Assembly: GCF_963921235.1 (NCBI RefSeq)
Contig: NC_086097.1
Location: 228,844,001 to 228,908,000, forward strand
Source: Mobula hypostoma
Lineage: Eukaryota
DNA length: 64,000 nt
Direction of reading: 5' to 3'
Made by a program: the position numbers and the translations under genes. The notes under the pieces were generated by a model. The model was given only the letters and a program-made list of their open reading frames with translations. It was not told the DNA's origin and searched no databases. Below, piece by piece: positions 49,400-61,206 of this stretch (positions are counted from its first letter, which is position 1; every line of letters starts with the position of its first letter).

Positions 49400-50437
49400 A
49401 CCCAACCAGGGTAGGTCTTACACAGTGAGTGGTAAGGCACTGAGGAGTGCAGTAGAACAGAGGGATCTGGGGAACACAGATCCATACTTCATTGAAGATG
49501 GTGTCACAGTTAGATGGGGTCACAAAGAAAGCTTTTGGCACTTCAACTTTCATAATACAAACTACTGAGTACAGGAGATGGAATAGAAACATAGAAACAT
49601 AAAAAACCTACAGCACAGTACAGACTCTTCAGTCCACAATGCTGTGCCGAACATGTACTTACTTTAGAAATTACCTAGGGTTACCCATAGCCCTCTATTT
49701 TTCTAAGCTCCATGTACCTATCGAGGAGTCTCTTAAAAGACCCTATCGTATCCGCCTCCACCACCGTCGCCTGCAGCCCATTCCACGCACTCACCACTCT
49801 CTGCGTAAAACATCTTACCCCTACACCTCCTCTGTACCTACTTCCAAGCACCTTAAAACTGTGCCCTCTCGTGTTAGATGAAATTCTGTAAACCATTGGT
49901 GAGGCCTAATTTGGAGTATTGTGTGCGGTTTTGGTCCCTATCTATAGGAAGAATGTACTGTAAATAAGATTGAGAGAGTGCAGAGAAAATTTACAAGGAT
50001 GTGACAGGGCTTGAGGACCTGAGCTATAGAGAAAGGCTGAATAGGTTAGGAATTTACTCTCTATAATGTAGAAGATTGAGAGGAGAATTGGTAGAGATAT
50101 ACAAAATTATGAGGGGTATAGAGAGAGTAAATGCAAGCAGGCTTTTTCCACAGAGGTTGGGTGAGACTACAACTAGAGGTCATGGGTTAAGGGTGAAAGG
50201 TGAAAAGCTTAAGGAGGAATGTCTTCACTCAGAGGGTGGTGAGAGTGTGGAACGAGCTGCCAGTGCAAGGGGTCAATTTCAACATTTAAGAGAAATTTGG
50301 ATAGGTATATGGATGGGAAGGGTATGGAGGGCTGTGGTCCAGGTACAAGTCAATGGGACTAGGCAGATTACCGGTTCAGCCTAGACTAGATGGGCTGAAG
50401 GGCCTGCTTCTGTACTGTAGTGTTCTATGACTATGAT
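49400..50437 (+). mobile_element. CR1 3' fragment with a nested minus-strand CR1 end (49583-49876)
   Basis: ORF 50076-50384 RGELVEIYKIMRGIERV..TRGHGLRV. Inner ORF 49681-49896(-) TRGHSFKV..FTQRVVSAWNGL. Confidence 0.82.
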
Positions 50438-51084
50438 TTAGAACAGCAGCATGTAACATGCTACAGGGAGGATCAAAATGATAATCCGAGTCACTGTTGA
50501 GGGCCACCTGTGCAAAAGTTTGTGATGGATGCTTCCATTGCCATTCTGATCACATTCTGTCCCTGGTCACTTCTGGAATCCAATAGCAGGAAAGCAGCTT
50601 CCTGCAGCTTTGCAGCAGTTACATTGGGCAATCTGGATACTGAACCTAACCCAGGTTCAGCAAATTAGTCTTAGCCCAGTTGCTAGGAAGCCAATATGGC
50701 TCAGACAATTTACATGTTCTGAATTAATTAACAAGTTAACTTTTACGACTGCTTTGCTTTTGTCTTATAATAGTTTTTAAATTTAATTTTCTGAATTGTT
50801 TATGTTTATTTTAATAGTATTTAAGCATGTTTCTAACTTTATGAACATATTTACAAATTAGTCCAAGCTGTTTGACAGTTTTGACAGTCGGTCAGGCAAT
50901 GGAATATTTAGGGGCAAGACTTCTCACTTACGGTACCAAGGTTCCCCTGTGCACTGCACCTTGCTAATCAGAGCCCACTAAGAACTGAACTAGTAAGTGG
51001 GGCTGGGGAGCTGTGAAGTGTTTCACCTTACTGCTCACTGAGGTGGGCCAGACAGAAGCATCATGAACCCAAGGGTCCGTGTGC

Positions 51085-51285
51085 ATGCCCACAAGTCACT
51101 AACCCTAACTGTACATCTTTGGAATGTGGGAGGAAACCGGAGCACCCGGAGAAAACCCACACAGTCAAGGGGAGAACGTATCAATTCCTTACAGACAGCG
51201 ATGTGGGGGCGTGGGTGGGAGTGGAACCCCAGCCAGTGGTCACGGCACTGTAAAGCGATTGCACTAACCGCAGCACTACCGTCCC
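51085..51285 (-). mobile_element. tRNA-derived SINE (HE1/V-type)
   Basis: CTTTGGAATGTGGGAGGAAACCGGAGCACCCGGAGAAAACCCAC core; head GCACTAACCGCAGCACTACCGT on +. Confidence 0.8.
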
Positions 51286-53200
51286 ATCCTATTTGTGATA
51301 CTGTACATTATTTCTCTCTGTAATATATATTGCTTATGGATCTTTGAATGAACCACGTAAACAATATTCCTGCACAGCCTGCTCGTTACTGAAGACTAAT
51401 CATTGACTGCAACACCATAACTGGGTTGACCATAAGAGCGGAATTAGGCCCATCGAGTCTGCTCCACCATTTCATGATGGCTGATCCGATTTTCCTCTCA
51501 GCCCCAATATCTTGCCTCTCCCCATATCCCTTCATGTCCTGACCAATCAAGAATCTATCAACCTTTGCCTTAAATCTACATAAAGACTTGGCCTCCACAG
51601 CTATCTGTGGCAAAGAATTTCTCAGGTTCACCACTCTCTGGCTAAAGAAATTCCTCCTCATATCCATACTAAAAGGACACCCATCTATTCTGAGGCTGTG
51701 TCCTCTGGTCTTAGACTCTCCCACCATAGGAAACATCCTCTCTACATCCACTGTATCAAGGCCTTTCACCATTCGATAAGTTTCAATGAGGTCACCACTC
51801 ATTCTTTTGAATTCCAGTGAATACAGCCCCAGAGCCATCAAACATTCTTCATATGACATGCTATTCAATCCTGGAATCATTTTTATGAACCTCTTTTGAA
51901 CCCCCTTCAAAGTCAGCACATTTTTTCTAAGATAAGGGGCCCAAAACTGCTCACAATACTCCAAGTGAGTCCTCACCAGTGCTTTATAAAGTCTCAACAT
52001 TACATTCTTGCTTCTATATTCTAGTCCACTTGAAATGAATGCCAACATTGCATTTACTTTCCTCTCCACAGACGCAACCTGCAAATTAACCTTTAGGAAA
52101 TCCTGCACAAGGGCTCCCAAGACCCCTTGTACCACAGTTTTTCAGTTTGTCTGCCATTTCCTTGATCCCATTACTACCTCATCCAGCATTGTTTTCCAGT
52201 GGTCTGATATCCACTCTTAGCTCGCTTTTACACTTGATGTATCTGAAGGAATTTTTGGTATCTTCTTTAATATTATTGGCTAGCTTACTTTGGTATTCCA
52301 TCTTTATCTTCTTTATGACTTTTTCAGTTGTCTTTTGTTGGTTTTTAAAAGCTTCCCATTCCTCTAACTTCCCATTTATTTTTGCTCTATTATATACCCT
52401 TTCTTTGGTTTTTATGTTGCCTTTGAGTTCTCTTGTTAGCCACAGTTGTGTCATCTTTTCTTTCGAATACTTCTTCCTCTTTGGGATGTTTATATCCTGT
52501 GCCTTTCCAGAAATTCCAGTCATTGCTGTTCTGCTGTCAACCCTGCCAGTGTTATTTTCCAATGTATTCTGGCCAACTCCTCTCTCAATATGCAATTCCC
52601 TTTATTTCGCTGACTTTAACTTCTCACTCTCAAATTTCAGGGTGAATTCGATCATATTATGATTACCTTCCCCTAAGGGTTCTTTTATCTAAAGCCCTTC
52701 AATCAATTATAGTTCATTGCATAACATCCAATCCAGAATAGCCGATCCCCTAGTGGGCTCAAGCACGAGCTGCTCTAAAAAGCCATCTCACAGGCATTCT
52801 AGAAACTTCTCCTCTTGAAATCCAGCGCCAACCTGATTTATCCAATCTACCTGCATATTGATATCCTCCATGACTATCGTAACATTGCCCTTTTGGCATG
52901 CATTTTCTGTTGCCTGCTGTCATTTGTAGGCCACATCCTTACTACTGTTTGGGGTTTGTATACAAGCCCCATCAGGGTCTTTTTACCCTTGCAGTTCCTT
53001 AGCTCTATCCACAATGATTGAACACATTCTGACCCTAGGTTACCCCTTTCTAATGAATTGATTTTGCTTCTTTACCAACAGAGCAATGCTGCTCTACTGC
53101 CTTCCTGCCTGTTCTTTCAATACAACGTGTGTTCTCAGACATTAAGCTCTCAGCTACAATCTTCTTTCAGCCATGATTCAGTGATGCCTACAACATCATA

Positions 53201-53621
53201 GTAATGTTCGTTCGTTGTCATCGTCGATGAAGACCTCGACGCCATTAGTCACTTTGAGACTGGATGCGGTGTGTCCGAAGATGACTGGTCAGGCCAGTTC
53301 AGGCACGGAATGTCCTGGCACATGTTGGGCAGACATGTGTAGGCACTGCATTTGCTGCGCTGGTGGCTCTGGACTTGCGCAGCTCGCGCTTACGTTGTGC
53401 TTCAGCAATGCGCCTTGCTTTGTAAGCTTGACAGCCCTTGTGGATAAGGCTGCGCCAGGAAGGGCGGTTTTGTGCCAGCGTTTCCCAGGTGGTCGTGCCT
53501 TTGTCAAGCGACTTCAGGGAAGCCCTTAGTGTGTCTTCGTAATGTTCTTTCTGCCCTCCATGCGAGCGTCTTCCAGCAGAGAGTTCCCCAAAAAGGAGCT
53601 GCTTGGGTATGCGCTCGTCAT
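53201..53621 (-). mobile_element. RTE-clade LINE 3' end with C-terminal C2H2 finger
   Basis: Hand translation: DERIPKQLLFGELSAGRRSHGGQKEHYEDTLRASLK..WETLAQNRPSWRSLI..HVCPTCARTFRA*TGLTSHLRTH. (GAAC)n tail. TSD ATCATA at 53195-53200 and 53622-53627. Confidence 0.88.
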
Positions 53622-54200
53622 ATCATACATGCCAATCTAACAGTACCACAAGCTCACCTACTATATTCCGTATTCTGCTCGCATTCAAATATAACATTTT
53701 CAGTACTGTATTCACTCTTTTTGATTTTGTTTGCATTTTACATTGCAACTCATCCTGCTGACTATAATTTTGCCCTGTGAGCAGCCTCTTCTCAATACAC
53801 ATTGCCTCTGTTTGTAAACCAACGACCTCATCTTCTGTACTATCACTCCGGTTCCCATCCCACTGCCAAATTAGTTTAAATCCTCCCTAACAACTCTAGC
53901 CAATTTGCCCACAAAGATATTGGAACCCCTCTGGTTCAGGTGTAACCTGTTCCTTTTGTATAGGTCATACCTTCCCCAGAAGAGATCCCAATGATCCAGA
54001 AATCTGAACCCCTGTCCTCTGCACCAATTCTTTAGCCATACATTCACCTGCCAAGTAATCCTATTCTTACCTCACTGGCATGTGGCACAGACGTAAATCC
54101 AGAGATTACTACCCAGGAGTCCTGCTTCTCAGCTTTTTACCTTGCTCCCTAAAATTTCTCTTCAGGACCTCCTCACCTTGCCTACCTATGTCATTGGTGC

Positions 54201-54818
54201 TGTAACACTCCGCTCTATCACCCCACGTTCGTCTAGGGGAAACCGACGTCTGCCCGCCAAACTGTGTCTCACATTTGCGTAGATGCTGTGTATGCACCCC
54301 AGCACAAACCCACAACGTAAAATATCAGTCAGTACACAATGTACGTTTAATCGATTACACTTTATAAATTCTACTGTGACTATGGGGTTAGTAGAGAAAC
54401 AAAAATATAAAATAAAAAGGCGCCAAGAATAGAGATTATACAGTTCATGCACATGTTGGAGCTCACTCAATATCCTTGGTCCACCATTCAATTTCCTCCG
54501 AACTCCACGACCCTTGGACTGGGACCAACTATGGTGGTCTATCAGAGCACTTCCCGCACGTCCTCCCTCTTTGCTTCTCCTCACCAAACTTTCCCACGCA
54601 CTCACTCAGGTTCCCACACATACAGATAGAATAACATAACTTCCATTGGTTAATTCCCTATTATCTACAATTATAACCCAAACATTTCAGCTGCAATGAA
54701 CATTACCTCATCAGTTAACATTACAGAGAAGCCATTTCATTATAACACTTCGGAGAAGCCATTTTATTATTAGCAGTTAACAGTTAACATTATAGTTAAT
54801 ATCACTGAGAACCCTACA
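54201..54818 (-). mobile_element. Solo LTR (618 bp) with 4-bp TSD
   Basis: TGTA...TACA termini. GTGC at 54197-54200 and 54819-54822. Strand is tentative (ATTAAA on - near 54347-54352). Confidence 0.85.
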
Positions 54819-56037
54819 GTGCCAAGGCTTCTGACTGCTCACCCTCAACCTTAAAGGTTCTATTATAGACATATCTTTGCAGATACATTTTCATTTTTAA
54901 CTATTTGTGTTAGCATCGACTGAATAGGAGTACCATACTAGCTCAAATGTGTGCCAATGCCCGGTGTAAAAACCTATTTATAATTTACCAATTTATTACT
55001 GTCACCTTGTTTGTAGGGGTTGTCTTACTTGTCACTGTTTTTTCCTTCTCCTTGAAGTCACAGGATATGAAATTCAATACAAGCATTTAATTGTTCTTTC
55101 ATTCTCCCATACGAACTCCACACCAGAACTATCCACAAGCTTATTTTCATCTTCTAGCAGTTCCCTTTTTATCTTGACTATAATTTTACTGGTAATATTC
55201 CCATAGAGTAAGTTTGTTGACTTGTAACTTGTTCTCTCAGTTGATGATTTCCACATAGATTACTTTGTTTATTCTTCAGCCCTTTTCACCACAAATACCC
55301 CCGATCTCCACTCAGTTTAAACATATTCCATTGATGTTACTTTAGTAATTTCATTCCATCTACTCTATTAGAAATCCTTTGTTTAAATTCCATTGTACTT
55401 GGATTTTTGTCCTTGACTGATTCCTTCGTCACAGAAAGCCCAGTTATAGTCTTTATTCCCCTCCATAAATGTTGTCTGACCTGCTCAGTTCCTCCAGGAT
55501 TTTGAGTGTGTGTGCTTGCTGATTATAGCAAGGAAATGCCTTTCTGTGATGAAACAGTGCACTTGAATTGTTAGGAATATTGTATTGTGTTCCTTTTGTA
55601 ACCTGCTGATATATTTTCTCCCTGGCAATTTTGATTAAAAAGTATGAATTTTAATAAGTTTGTATAAAGGGTGGAGATAAATTAGAGATTTATTTGTTCA
55701 CACAACTCATTCCTGTTTTCCATTTTTATCTTTTATCATGCTTTCTGTGCCTTTGTTGATAAATGCGACTATTTCTGTGACAAAGTCTTTGCCCTAACTA
55801 ATTAATAGCATTTTACGAGCTGCTTAGAAAGATTGCCACAATCAGAAACATAATATAAAACACACAGAAAATTGGTTGATTATTTAAAAGAGAAGTAGAA
55901 ATGCATACAGAGTACGTTGGAGGACTGTTTCTAATATGTACGTGCATGCATTTGCGTGCACACGCACACTCGTGTATATACAAACATACACATGTAATGC
56001 ATAAATACAAGTTTGATGTCTTTTCTGTTGGTTGCAG

Positions 56038-56229
56038 TCTCAGGAGGCCCAGATTCTGAAGCAGCTCGCAGAGAAGAGAGAGCATGAGCGAGAGGTCTTG
56101 CAAAAGGCCATGGAAGAGAACAACAATTTCAGCAGGTCTGCAGAGGAAAAACTGATCATAAAGATGGAACTGAACAAGGAAAACCGCGAGGCTCACTTAG
56201 CTGCTCTTATGGAACGTCTCCGTGAGAGG
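56038..56229 (+). CDS. STMN2: Stathmin-2 coding exon 4 (tubulin-binding helix)
   Basis: ttttctgttggttgcag|TCT CAG GAG...GAG AGG|gtaaat, 192 nt. Encodes [33 protein letters not shown]...ERLRER. Confidence 0.96.
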
Positions 56230-56433
56230 GTAAATATAAAATAACTTTAGATTACTGGTGTCTATGACAAAAATTCCTCTCATTAGTTCCACCACCTCAG
56301 TGGAAAGGGATCACGGGAAAGCTTTTGGTTGATCTTCAATCCACTGTATTACTGGCCAGCAATTACTTCATCCCAATCTTTATATATAAACTGAAATATT
56401 CCATAACTGTTTTAAAATATCTCCCATCCTTTC

Positions 56434-56980
56434 AACAATGTTCATGCCATCAGGTTGGAGGCTCCTCAGATGGAATATAAGGTGGTGTTCCTCCAACCTG
56501 AGTGTGGCTTCACCTTTAGCCTCCAACCTGATGGCATGAACATTGACTTCTCAAACTTCCGCTAATGCCCCACCTCCCCCTCGTACCCCATCCGTTATTT
56601 ATTTATATACACACATTCTTTTTCTCTCTCTCCTTTATCTACCTCTGTCCCTCTCCCTATACCCTTTACCCATCCTCTGGGTTCCCCCCACCCCTTTTCT
56701 TTCTCCCTGATCCTCTCATATCCCTTTTGCCAATCACCTGTCCAGTTCTTGGCTCCATCCCTTCCCCTCCTGTCTTCTCCTATCATTTTGGATCTCTCTC
56801 CCTCCCCCTCCCACTTTCAAATCTCTTACTAGCTCTTCTTTCAGTTAGTCCTGAGAAAGGGTCTTGGCCCGAAACGTCGACTGTACCTCTTCCTAAAGAT
56901 GCTGCCTGGCCTGCTGCGTTCACCAGCAACTTTGATGTGTGTTGCTTGAATTTCCAGCATCTGCAGAATTCCTTGTGTTC
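56434..56980 (+). mobile_element. Penelope-like element 3' end with 5' inversion and hammerhead-like motif
   Basis: + strand LQPDGMNIDFSNFR* (56521-56565). The - strand of 56436-56512 reads EATLRLEEHHLIFHLRSLQPDGMNI, a GIY-YIG endonuclease C-terminus-like peptide. Motif AGTC-CTGAGAA-AGGGTCTTGGCCC-GAAACGTC-GACT at 56847-56882. Confidence 0.87.
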
Positions 56981-58190
56981 CCAGATACAATAGGCTGAAT
57001 GTTGATGTATCTCCCCATACTCTTCTTGCCATTTCTTTGCAGCTAACTGTGCTTTTTCATTTAAGAAAGAAAGCATTGGCTGGCTAGAAAATCTCACTGG
57101 TACATTTGGATCTTAAAGGAATATTGTGTTTTCTGGTATGTTTGGATTTTTTTAAAGAACGTCGTTTAGAGATCAAATTAAACCAGCCTTGACCATTGTT
57201 CCATTGGGCAAGAATTATGGGGGTGGGCAAGGTAAAAGTGCGGTAAGAGTTAGGTCCACTTTTATTGGCTATTTCCACCCCCACCCCCCAATGGTATTTA
57301 GTTTTTTATATTCAGGCACAGGAGAGCCACCCATCCCAAAGAAATTAGGGACTTATTTCAGTGATATTTTTCCCTCCTCACAATGCCTACAGTGATTCAC
57401 TCCAGTTTCAATCAAAATATGAACTACCAGATGAAAGCAGGGCCCGGGAGTAAAAGTTTCCAAGATCTCATGTCCCAAGGAGTCAATGACTGTTTCAGCC
57501 AATGAGATGCTGCAGCCGTTCCGTCCTTTCCAATGCTGAGGAATCAGAAAGGAGAGGAAATACTGAGCACTGCAAGAATCTGGTGGGAGCCACAGCTATT
57601 CACTGCCCTTATGAAATAGTAATGCATGTTTTCTGGTATGCTTAAGGTGTGAAAGAAGAGCTGTCATTGTAATTAATGGAATAGTAGCCTTAATCTATTT
57701 GAGAGATAGAGAAATGAGTGAAAGGTATGTTATGCCTCAGTTGTTCAAAAGTTAAACAATACCTGGAGAATTGCGAGCAGTTTCTAGGCACCACTCCTTA
57801 GAAAGAATACACTGGTTTTGATAGCAATGCAGTGTAAATTTGGATTTAGAGTTTCATTGGAAAGAGATTACATTACCGTTGTAAGAGATTGCATTGGCCT
57901 GAGTTTAAAATGTTACGGGATGGTTTGATGGATATTTTCAAGGGGAATCAGTAAAGTTTGCTGGAGAGTCTAGAACTACAGTACATTGTTTGAAAATTAC
58001 ACCCTAGTCATTCAGCTGCACTTCCACACAAAGTAGTAATGTGAGATTATTTTGCTCATGGAATTTATTGCTAATCCGGTTGTTAATTTTAAATCTGGCA
58101 CCTTTTTATAATTTTGAATTTTAAGGATTTTGGGGGAAAAGCAGTGACATTGAGTGAGATGATAAATCAGCGATGATCTCATTGAATACT

Positions 58191-58480
58191 TTTATTTATT
58201 GATTGATTGACTGATTGAGATACAGCTTGAAGTAGGTCCTTTTGGCTCTTCAATCCGCACTGCCCAGCAAACCCCCGATTTTAACACTAGTCTAATCACG
58301 GGACAGTTTGCAATGACCAGTTAACCTACTCACCATCTTTGGACTGTGCGAGGAAACCGGAGCACTCGGGCGTGACCCACGCGGAGAACATACAGGCTCC
58401 TTACAGGCGGCGGCGGGAATTGAACCCAGATTGCTGCTACTGTAAAGCGTTGTGCTAACCACTACACTACCATGCCGCCC
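58191..58480 (-). mobile_element. tRNA-derived SINE (HE1/V-type), full length
   Basis: The minus strand starts GGGCGGCATGGTAGTGTAGTGGTTAGC, with B-box GGGTTCAATTCCC, V core and a (CAAT)n/(AAAT)n tail. Confidence 0.85.
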
Positions 58481-59732
58481 CAGTAACTAAGAGGTGGGAG
58501 GGCCAAACTACCCATGCCTGTTCCTGTCTCCTAATACTAATACTGTAGCCACGCCATACTTTCCAAATTAAGAACATAGAACGTAGAATAGTACAGCACA
58601 GTACAGGCCCTTCGGCCCACAATGTTGTGCCAACCCTCAGACCCTGCCTCCCATATAACCCCCCATCTTAAATTCTCCATTAACCAGCAACTTCCAAAAA
58701 AAGGATTCCTTGCCATATGTGTCAATACTACAGTTAAGTAATTTAAATCTAACTACCAATTAAAAGAAACAGACCAATCTAGCAAAACATTAAATACAAA
58801 GTTGACTCTCATTGCTACAAATTGATTAAATGGCAATATCAGAGGCAATAAGGAAATTATTTCACAATATCACAGCTATTCAGGGAGTACATAGAAATGA
58901 GAACCTCCAGGGGCTTGACATTGGAATGCTATCCAATTGTGCGTGCAAGTGAGTGTCAGGTTAGGTTGTTAGATTAATTGGCTATAGTAACTCTCTCCTA
59001 GTGTAAGTGAGTGACAGGGGATTGTGAATGAGCATATGTGATGGAATAGGTATCAGGGAAAGTATGTAAGTTGTTGCTCTTGAATACAGAGTGAGACTTA
59101 TGGGCCAAAAGGTCTCATTCTACATCGTTATGCAAGTATGAGGATTTTGAACAAAAATACTAGTGAGGCTTTAGTCAAGCTCAACCAGGATGTAGCCATA
59201 TTTCAAAATGGAACTGGCACATATTTATGAGCAGTACATAAAGAGTTCCCCTTTCCTCTGTTGAGCACAGACTATCAATATCTCTTAAACTGCGCCTCTG
59301 GAGGCATTTTCTTGAAAGGAAGGAAGACAGAACATCCCTAGGACCAGATTCTGGCCTTGAAAGTGTGAAGTGATGATAAAGGAGCTGCAGAGTCCTGTGA
59401 TGCCACATCTCTTTCCTTTCTTACCTTATTACATTGTTTCTGTATTAAATTCAAGAGCAAATTTGATTTGCAGCAACAGCTTGGATCAGAGACAGATGTT
59501 GCAGTAAACAAACTGCTGGATTTGTAACAGAACCAAAAGGGCCATGAGGGACAGGCTTATCTTGACAACAACGCCTACATCCCAAATTTGTAAAAGTTAA
59601 CAAATATTATTGTTGATATTTGTTTTTAAAATAGCCAAAAATTGTCAATAGACAACCTGTGAAAGACAGCTGACAACAGTCCCTCAACGACACATTGCTC
59701 AATCACCCTTGCTGAAATTAGTCACTTCTCAG

Positions 59733-59987
59733 TGTTATGCTTTGTAACTTCAAAACATTAAATTAATTCAAAGGAGGACAGGGGAGACCGCATTGTGAAT
59801 CGAACTTTGGGTTTACTTTAAGCAAGATGCACACCGTATCATATGGTAGCATAATGACGTATGCAATTTATGTATTTATGCGTATAACCTGGAATGAATT
59901 ATTTAAATGAACAAGAATGCTTAATCAACACACACACACATATACACAAGATTACTCAAATATTACTTAAATATTAAATACACAACA
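59733..59987. mobile_element. Solo LTR (255 bp) with 5-bp TSD
   Basis: TGTT...AACA termini. CTCAG at 59728-59732 and 59988-59992. Confidence 0.8.
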
Positions 59988-60140
59988 CTCAGCATAACCC
60001 CAAGAAGGGCAATAATGCAGAGAAACATTGGTCCAAAATTGACTCTATTGCCATTGTCCACAATGAGATGAAGGAAGATAATCCTTCGAAATAAACTGTT
60101 TCTGCGGCATGATGGAACTAAGATAAATGCATCATAAAAC

Positions 60141-60375
60141 ATTAGATTAGATTAGATTATGAGGACACGCAGTCCTCTTTTATTGTCATTTAGTAATTCA
60201 TGCATTAAGAAATGATACAATGTTCCTCCAGTGTGATATCACAGAAACACAAGACAGACCAAGACTGAAAAACTGACAAAAACCACATAATTATAACATA
60301 TAGTTACACCAGTGCAAGCAATACCGTAATTTGATAGAACAGACCATGGGCATAGTAAAAACTGTTTCAAACATC
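60141..60375 (-). mobile_element. LINE 3' UTR fragment with (ATTAG)n tail on +
   Basis: ATTAGATTAGATTAGATT followed by TTTTATTGTCA (AATAAA on -). Confidence 0.55.
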
Positions 60376-61146
60376 TCCTGTCTGTAGCTGTGATCATACC
60401 TAATGCAAAAATGTTTAGTGTTCTCAGAAATTTAACCTGAGAAACTCTTCATATGTATTAACTCCACAGCATATGACATATAAACAATATCAGGAGGGAC
60501 AAAATTCTTTTTTTAACCTGCTGTTTGCAACAGGCAGTGTCCAGCAGAGTAGTTAAACCCCCAGCCATTGTCAAACTATGGAAAGTCCATTCCTACAGAA
60601 TCACAGTATTATTGAATAACAAAGGGCACCATTGAAGCATAGTTTAATCTACAGTGCCACCTTTGGCCACGTCAGGAATTGTACATGAATCACAGACAAA
60701 AAAATAAAATTCTGCAGATGCTGAGAATGTGAAATAAAAAGGTTTATGATGAGAGAGTTTCATGTCATTGGCACAAAATGTTAACTCTGTTTTTCATTCA
60801 GTGCATGTTGCCTGCCCGCTGAGTAATCTCAGCAATTTCCATTTAATTTCACATTTCTAGCATCCCCAGAAATTGCTTTTATTTTTCACTTTCAGTTGAG
60901 ATTAACAATGGGGCCAGTTTGTGATAGAGTAAATGGTGTGTTGTGATCTATTGACTATTCTAAGCTGGCAGTAGCATCAATTCTACTGCCAATGAAATAG
61001 ATTACATAAATAGCTACTCACATAAGAGTCAAATAGTCCAGAAATTGTCCATCGAAATTGCTTTATTAATTCATTCTTTGCTTCAGTTTATTTCTCCTTA
61101 GTCAATAAATAATAGCTTTTGTAAACGTGTCTCATTATCCTCACAG

Positions 61147-61206
61147 GAGAGGCATGCTACAGAGGTCCGCAGGAACAAGGAACTTCGGGAAGAGATCTCT
61201 GGCTGA
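61147..61206 (+). CDS. STMN2: Stathmin-2 coding exon 5 (C-terminus and stop)
   Basis: ctcattatcctcacag|GAG AGG CAT...TCT GGC TGA, 60 nt. Encodes ERHATEVRRNKELREEISG*. Confidence 0.95.
   Translation, partial: ERHATEVRRNKELREEISG

Larger units (their letters stand above)
51425..54850 (-). mobile_element. Long CR1 LINE remnant (3' end to ORF1 region), host of an RTE insertion and a solo LTR
   Basis: ORF 51386-52135 (LYKALVRTHLEYCEQFWAP..TRGHSLRI..FFSQRVVNL) and ORF 52179-52595. Sequence is continuous across the TSD-flanked insertions. Confidence 0.88.
14584..61206 (+). other. STMN2: Stathmin-2 (SCG10) gene span, start to stop: 5 coding exons, 181 aa
   Basis: Exons of 19+96+179+192+60 nt splice in frame through GT-AG introns (phases 1,1,0,0). 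The protein has the MxKTAxAYKEKMKELSMLSLICSCFYPEP N-terminus of STMN2 and a complete stathmin domain. Confidence 0.92.

Noticed and set aside
57300..59530. Alternative last exons in intron 4 (acceptor-like sites near 57315 and 59473)
   Set aside because: Short open frames with no stathmin-like or otherwise recognisable sequence; indistinguishable from chance acceptors.
14584..61206. Calling the gene STMN3, STMN4 or STMN1
   Set aside because: MSKTAIA...[27 protein letters not shown] and ERHA fit STMN2 best. STMN1 lacks the N-terminal extension. A phylogeny is still needed for certainty.
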